Positions 1 to 6,117 of a stretch of 6,117 nt of DNA are shown one piece after another (position 1 is the first letter of the stretch; every line of letters begins with the position of its first letter). A program made the translations under genes and the position numbers. Under the pieces are notes generated by a model that saw nothing but the letters and a program-made list of their open reading frames with translations, did not search any database and was not told where the DNA came from. The stretch lies in the IMG/VR virus record IMGVR_UViG_2660238462_000006; one strand, 5' to 3'. The DNA comes from a virus. Its lineage: Duplodnaviria; Heunggongvirae; Uroviricota; Caudoviricetes.

Positions 1-2405
<2,405 letters not shown>

Positions 2406-2431
<26 letters not shown>

Positions 2432-2951
2432 TCAGCAACCCCGGTATCAGTTCATCCAGCGCGGCTGCTTTGTTCATGGCTTTGATGATATCCCGTTTCA
2501 GGAAATCAACATGTCGGTTTTCCAGTTCCGGAAAACGCCGCTGCACCGACAGGGGGATCCCGTCGAGAATACTGGCAATTTCACCTGCGATCCGCGACAG
2601 CACGAAAGTACAGAATGCGGTTTCCACCACTTCAGCGGAGTCTCTGGCATTTTTCAGCTCCTGTGCGTCGGCCTGCGCACGCGTAAGTCGATGGCGTTCG
2701 TACTCAATAGTCCCTGGCTGGAGATCTGTCTCGCTGGCCTGCCGCAGTTCTTCAACTTCCCGGCGCAGCTTTTCGTTCTCAATTTCAGCATCCCTTTCGG
2801 CATACCATCTTATAACGGCGGCAGAGTCATAAAGCACCTCATTACCCTTGCCACCGCCTCGCAGAACGGGCATTCCCTGTTCCTGCCAGTTCTGAATGGT
2901 ACGGATACTCGCACCGAAAATGTCAGCCAGCTGCTTTTTGTTGACTTCCAT
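2406..2951 (-). CDS. Nu1: Terminase small subunit gpNu1 (181 aa; N-terminal winged HTH that binds cosB R elements)
   Basis: 181-aa ORF MEVNKKQLADIFGASIRTIQNWQEQGMPVLRGGGKGNEVLYDSAAV..., near-identical to lambda Nu1 with a few substitutions. It starts ~180 bp from cosN, as in lambda. Confidence 0.95.
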
Positions 2952-3128
2952 TGTTCATTCCACGGCCAAAAACAGAGAAAGGAAACGACAGAGGCCCAAA
3001 AGCTCGTTTTCAGCACCTGTCGTTTCCTTTCTTTTCAGGGGGTATTTTAAATAAAAACATTAAGTTACGACGAAGAAGAACGGAAATGCCTTAAACCGGA
3101 AAATTTTCATAAATAGCGAAAACCCGCG
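2952..3128. promoter_or_regulatory. cosB-like terminase binding region (R1, R2, R3 repeats and an A/T-rich IHF-type site I1)
   Basis: Three GAAAGGAAACG-type elements sit between the Nu1 start and cosN: about 2973-2993 (cagagaaaggaaacgacagag), 3016-3036 (inverted copy, cctgtcgtttcctttcttttc) and 3071-3090 (cgaagaagaacggaaatgcc). An A/T tract ggtattttaaataaaaacattaag lies between R2 and R3. The arrangement matches lambda cosB with a few point differences. Element boundaries are approximate. Confidence 0.7.
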
Positions 3129-3140
3129 AGGTCGCCGCCC
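3129..3140. other. cosN: 12-nt cohesive-end sequence (minus strand reads GGGCGGCGACCT)
   Basis: Plus strand 3117-3160 is gcgaaaacccgcg|aggtcgccgccc|cgtaacctgtcggatcgccg. Its reverse complement, CGGCGATCCGACAGGTTACG|GGGCGGCGACCT|CGCGGGTTTTCGC, is the lambda right-end/left-end junction as I recall it. Confidence 0.85.
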
Positions 3141-3339
3141 CGTAACCTGTCGGATCGCCGGAAAGGACCCGCAAAATGATAATAATTATCATCTGCATGT
3201 CACAACGTGCATCTACGCAATCAAACCACGTCAAATAATCAATTATGACGCAGATATCGTATTAATTGATCTGCATCAACTTAACGTAAAAACAACTTCA
3301 GACAATACAAATCAGCGACACTGAATACGGGACAACCTC

Positions 3340-3573
3340 ATGTCAACGAAGAACAGAACCCGCAGAACAACAACCCGCAACATCCGCTTTCCTAACCAAA
3401 TGATTGAACAAATTAACATCGCTCTTGATCAAAAAGGGTCCGGGAATTTCTCAGCCTGGGTCATTGAAGCCTGCCGCCGGAGACTGTGCTCAGAAAAAAG
3501 AGTTTCTCCTGAAGCAAACAAAGAAAAGAGTGACATTACTGAATTGCTCAGAAAACAGATCAGACCAGATTGA
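3340..3573 (+). CDS. Small basic ribbon-helix-helix-like protein, DUF3950/YlcI-like (77 aa); putative DNA-binding regulator
   Basis: Intact 77-aa ORF in an AT-rich segment where random ORFs are unlikely. Basic N-terminus KNRTRRTTTRNIRFP, then helix NQMIEQINIALDQ, G-x-S turn (KGSG) and second helix NFSAWVIEACRRRL, which is the RHH fold pattern. The SAW motif is the one I recall for DUF3950. The ribosome-binding site is weak, so start choice is uncertain. Confidence 0.7.
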   Translation: MSTKNRTRRTTTRNIRFPNQMIEQINIALDQKGSGNFSAWVIEACRRRLCSEKRVSPEANKEKSDITELLRKQIRPD

Positions 3574-3629
3574 AGCAATTTAGATAATCGTGCAGACTAC
3601 GCCCCTCATATCACATGGAAGGTACTACA

Positions 3630-4040
3630 ATGGCTCAGGTTGCCATTTTTAAACAAATATTCGATAAAGTGCGAAAAGATTTAAACTGTGAATTGTTTTA
3701 TTCTGAACTAAAACGTCACAACGTCTCACATTATATTTACTATCTAGCCACAGATAATATTCACATCGTGTTAGAAAACGATAACACTGTGTTAATAAAA
3801 GGACTTAAAAAGGTTGTAAATGTTAAATTCTCAAGAAACACGCATCTTATAGAAACGTCCTATGATAGGTTGAAATCAAGAGAAATCACATTTCAGCAAT
3901 ACAGGGAAAATCTTGCTAAAGCAGGAGTTTTCCGGTGGGTTACAAATATCCACGAACAAAAAAGATATTACTATACCTTTGATAATTCATTACTCTTTAC
4001 TGAAAACATACAGAGCACATCACAAATGTTTCCACACTAA
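3630..4040 (+). CDS. DUF1398/YbcV-like prophage protein of unknown function (136 aa from ATG 3630; in-frame alternative start at 3615 gives 141 aa)
   Basis: [64 protein letters not shown]... with a GGAAGG Shine-Dalgarno 7 nt before ATG 3630. No signal peptide or TM segment is visible. Family assignment is from memory of the E. coli DLP12 YbcV / lambda right-arm ORF and is unverified. Confidence 0.78.
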   Translation: MAQVAIFKQIFDKVRKDLNCELFYSELKRHNVSHYIYYLATDNIHIVLENDNTVLIKGLKKVVNVKFSRNTHLIETSYDRLKSREITFQQYRENLAKAGVFRWVTNIHEQKRYYYTFDNSLLFTENIQSTSQMFPH

Positions 4041-4308
4041 ACCATAACGTCCGGTTTCTTCTACCCCTGCACCGGACTGGCTGACATGAAGAGCAACCCC
4101 GCGTTCAGTTGACGCGTTAATAACCCGGTGTGCATCGTTTTTGATTATTCCCGCACACTCACGCAGAAGGAATTCCCCGTCGGGCTACGGTCATGGTTAA
4201 TGCGGGAATACGGCGACGATACAGCGCATGATGTGTCAGGCTTGAATACCTTTATCCGTTAAAAGGGATATCAGTTAAGTTATCCCGTGTAGGGTATAAA
4301 CCATTATC

Positions 4309-4335
4309 AAAGCCACTCTGTAGGGAGTGGCTTTT
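4309..4335 (+). terminator. Intrinsic (Rho-independent) terminator hairpin, possibly bidirectional
   Basis: Perfect 10-bp inverted repeat aaagccactc (4309-4318) / gagtggcttt (4325-4334) with 6-nt loop tgtagg, followed by ttttgt on the + strand. On the minus strand the hairpin is followed by tttgataat. Confidence 0.6.
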
Positions 4336-4543
4336 GTAATGACAATAAAAAGCCCCGCGAATACGAGGCTAAATCCTGGTATTTGTAATGACTGGCTCTT
4401 ATCTCAACGCAGCCCCTTACCGCGCGCAAGATGCTCAATATCAAGCATCAGCAATGAGATATTTAATCTGGATTCACTCCAGAAGTGATCACCACCCTGT
4501 CTACAGAGCCAGATGTGAAGGATGATGAGTAAAATTATCGCTA

Positions 4544-5011
4544 TCATCGAAGGCATTGCGTCCTGATATATTCCTGAAGCGTTCTCAGTGCTGTCTGGTC
4601 TCTGATGATTCCGTCCCGGATACCGAGAACGTTTCGTCCAGCAACTGGAGAGAGTTCGACGGTGGCATCATTGCCCATGCCGGAGGCGCTGGAGGTTTCG
4701 GCAGAGGATGGCACAGGGCATTTTCCTTTGACGAGCACCCTGCCACCATTATCAAGCTTCCGCAGAAGAGCATCATTTTCAGCTTTCGCATCAGCTAACT
4801 CCTTCGTGTATTTTGCATCGAGCGCAGCAACATCACGCTGACGCATCTGCATGTCAGTAATTGCCGCGTTCGCCAGCTTCAGTTCTCTGACATTTTTGTC
4901 GCGCTGGGCTTTGTAGGTAATGGCGTTATCACGGTAATGATTAACAGCCCATGACAGGCAGACGATGATGCAGATAACCAGAGCGGAGATAATCGCGGTT
5001 ACTCTGTTCAT
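4544..5011 (-). CDS. Rz: Rz i-spanin (inner-membrane spanin subunit), 155 aa from ATG 5011 (track ORF extends to a GTG at 5023)
   Basis: [40 protein letters not shown]... has an N-terminal TM segment and coiled-coil-like region matching lambda Rz over the first ~85 residues; the C-terminal half diverges. ATG 5011-5009 overlaps the endolysin TGA stop (ATGA). Confidence 0.9.
   Translation of the reverse strand: MNRVTAIISALVICIIVCLSWAVNHYRDNAITYKAQRDKNVRELKLANAAITDMQMRQRDVAALDAKYTKELADAKAENDALLRKLDNGGRVLVKGKCPVPSSAETSSASGMGNDATVELSPVAGRNVLGIRDGIIRDQTALRTLQEYIRTQCLR
4585..4791 (-). CDS. Rz1: Rz1 o-spanin (outer-membrane lipoprotein), embedded in the +1 frame of Rz
   Basis: 68-aa [42 protein letters not shown]... 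with lipoprotein signal and lipobox (VAGC) and a proline-rich mature part. Strong GAAGGAG Shine-Dalgarno 7 nt upstream of ATG 4791. Lies entirely inside Rz, the classic embedded-gene architecture. Confidence 0.85.
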   Translation of the reverse strand: MRKLKMMLFCGSLIMVAGCSSKENALCHPLPKPPAPPAWAMMPPSNSLQLLDETFSVSGTESSETRQH

Positions 5012-5505
5012 TGCTGACCCCACAAACAGATTTCACGCTCAATCTCACGACGAGTCATGAGACCTTTCCATTGCTTACCGCCAGCATATGTCCAGCGACG
5101 TAGCTGATCACATGCGTCTTTGATATCGCCCTTGTTTATTTTGCGAAGAAGCGTCGATGTTCTGAAATTGCCAGCACCCACGTTGTAAACGAATGAGTAA
5201 AGAGCGCCGCGCATTGTTTCCGGTATATCGACTTTGATGTACGGGTTAATTTGTCTGGCGACCGTGGCAAGGTCTTTATTCAGGAGGGCTTTGCATTCTG
5301 CTTTGGTATACGTTTTACCGAGCATGATGTCTTTTCCTGTATGCCCGTGACATACAGTCCATACACCAACAATATCTTTGTATGGTATGTAGCTGACACC
5401 TTCCAGACCATCGTTACCACTTGGGCCAGTAATTAACACTGATGCTATAGCAATTGCTCCGCCACCAATAGCAGCAGCAACGGCTTTTCGTAATGATGGA
5501 GGCAT
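5008..5505 (-). CDS. R: SAR endolysin (T4-lysozyme-like muramidase, GH24, with N-terminal signal-arrest-release domain), P21 R-type, 165 aa
   Basis: [57 protein letters not shown]... has a Gly/Ala-rich weakly hydrophobic N-terminal SAR segment, then the E35-D44-T50 catalytic triad spacing of T4-type lysozymes. Near-identical to the P21 endolysin as recalled. GAGGTG Shine-Dalgarno present; the start overlaps the holin stop (TAATG). Confidence 0.95.
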   Translation of the reverse strand: MPPSLRKAVAAAIGGGAIAIASVLITGPSGNDGLEGVSYIPYKDIVGVWTVCHGHTGKDIMLGKTYTKAECKALLNKDLATVARQINPYIKVDIPETMRGALYSFVYNVGAGNFRTSTLLRKINKGDIKDACDQLRRWTYAGGKQWKGLMTRREIEREICLWGQQ

Positions 5506-5720
5506 TATTCACCTCTCGCAGCCTTGCGCTTATCTTCTTTAATCTTGAAATAAAGGTTTGTCAGGTACGTCAGCAGGCCAAATACCAGGCTACCCAGCAC
5601 ACCTATTGCTGCCCACTGTGAGGGCGTGACTTTATCGAGCAGCTGTAAAAACCAGTAACCGGCACTACCTGCTGAGGTGCCATAGGCGACACCCGTTGTT
5701 AACTTATCCATGGATTTCAT
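5505..5720 (-). CDS. S: Pinholin, S21-type class II holin (71 aa) with dual-start motif
   Basis: [71 protein letters not shown] has two TM segments (the first Gly/Ala-rich) and a charged C-terminus. Met1 (5720) and Met4 (5711) separated by Lys give the antiholin/holin dual start. Matches P21 S21 / DLP12 EssD from memory. The upstream ribosome-binding site falls in the N gap. Confidence 0.93.
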
Positions 5721-5724
5721 AACC

Positions 5725-5734
5725 NNNNNNNNNN
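5725..5734. other. Assembly gap (run of 10 N) / scaffold join
   Basis: Ten consecutive N characters in the sequence. Exactly 10 N suggests an arbitrary-length scaffold spacer. Confidence 1.
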
Positions 5735-5786
5735 TAATAGTCAGGGTCAGGTGCAGATGGCGATGAACGGCGGCATCTATGATGAA

Positions 5787-5809
5787 GGTGATGCTGCCAA
5801 CTTACTGAT
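5787..5809. repeat. IS1 left terminal inverted repeat (IRL)
   Basis: ggtgatgctgccaacttactgat at 5787-5809, the canonical IS1 end. Confidence 0.9.
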
Positions 5810-5841
5810 TTAGTGTATGATGGTGTTTTTGAGGTGCTCCA

Positions 5842-6117
5842 GTGGCTTCTGTTTCTATCAGCTGTCCCTCCTGTTCAGCTACTGACGGGGTGGTGCGTAA
5901 CGGCAAAAGCACCGCCGGACATCAGCGCTATCTCTGCTCTCACTGCCGTAAAACATGGCAACTGCAGTTCACTTACACCGCTTCTCAACCCGGTACGCAC
6001 CAGAAAATCATTGATATGGCCATGAATGGCGTTGGATGCCGGGCAACAGCCCGCATTATGGGCGTTGGCCTCAACACGATTTTACGTCACTTAAAAAACT
6101 CAGGCCGCAGTCGGTAA
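5842..6117 (+). CDS. insA: IS1 InsA (transposition repressor; zinc-finger plus HTH), 91 aa, GTG start
   Basis: [91 protein letters not shown] has C-x2-C...C-x2-C and a C-terminal HTH. The stop codon TAA is at 6115-6117, the window end. Confidence 0.95.
6093..6099 (+). promoter_or_regulatory. IS1 programmed -1 ribosomal frameshift site (A6C) that produces the InsAB' transposase
   Basis: aaaaaac at 6093-6099, just before the insA stop, as in canonical IS1. The insB frame lies beyond the window. Confidence 0.8.

Larger units (their letters stand above)
5787..6117 (+). mobile_element. IS1 insertion sequence, left end (first ~331 bp of the ~768-bp element; continues beyond window)
   Basis: Begins with the IS1 terminal inverted repeat GGTGATGCTGCCAACTTACTGAT at 5787 and encodes InsA. 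Sequence matches IS1 as recalled. Confidence 0.96.

Noticed and set aside
2470-3050. Plus-strand ORFs 2470..2832 and 2511..3050, and minus-strand 2810..3016, overlapping Nu1 and cosB
   Set aside because: They are antisense or out of frame to Nu1 and run into the cosB repeats. Ser/Arg-rich artefact translations with no ribosome-binding sites.
3615-3629. Upstream in-frame ATG at 3615 as the start of the DUF1398-like gene (141-aa form, MEGTTMAQ...)
   Set aside because: The GGAAGG Shine-Dalgarno lies inside these codons and is correctly spaced for ATG 3630, so the 136-aa form is preferred. The longer form is not excluded.
4041-4543. Possible bor/lom-type gene or tRNA in the spacer between the DUF1398-like gene and Rz
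   Set aside because: No ORF of adequate length or lipoprotein signal is present on either strand, and no tRNA-like T-arm or anticodon-arm pattern was found. The region is treated as non-coding and structured.
4539-4556. Minus-strand ATG at 4556 opening a ~58-codon ORF that reads leftward across the 3' end of Rz
   Set aside because: It overlaps the Rz stop out of frame, has a hydrophobic low-complexity product and no ribosome-binding site. Probably a chance ORF.
4556-4841. Plus-strand ORFs 4556..4798 (80 aa) and 4605..4841 (78 aa) inside Rz/Rz1
   Set aside because: They are antisense to the spanin genes; the real embedded gene here is Rz1 on the minus strand, which has a strong Shine-Dalgarno and lipobox.
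5251-5436. Plus-strand 61-aa ORF inside the endolysin gene
   Set aside because: Antisense to a clearly conserved lysozyme gene, with no supporting signals.
5813-6025. Plus-strand 70-aa ORF in an alternate frame of IS1
   Set aside because: It overlaps insA in another frame. The InsA frame shows the zinc-finger/HTH sequence, so this one is spurious.

Overview
This window is a lambdoid prophage segment (Enterobacteriaceae, probably E. coli/Shigella), with the phage lying in reverse orientation. All assignments rest on reading the ORF translations and motifs by eye against remembered lambda, P21 and IS1 sequences; no database search was run. On the minus strand, right to left: a P21-type lysis cassette (pinholin with dual start, SAR endolysin, Rz with embedded Rz1), a ~500 bp ORF-free structured spacer, the cos site, then the lambda-type packaging/head genes Nu1, A, W and the start of portal B. 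Between cos and the lysis cassette, on the + strand, an AT-rich two-gene unit encodes a small ribbon-helix-helix (DUF3950/YlcI-like) protein and a DUF1398/YbcV-like protein of unknown function. This pair is the least understood content here and the best candidate for something new. At the right edge, a 10-N scaffold gap sits 4 bp upstream of the holin start and is followed by the left end of IS1 (insA), so the Q/pR' late-control region is not visible and the IS1 linkage is uncertain. No tRNA, rRNA or CRISPR was seen. The many + strand ORFs inside the packaging and lysis genes are antisense artefacts.
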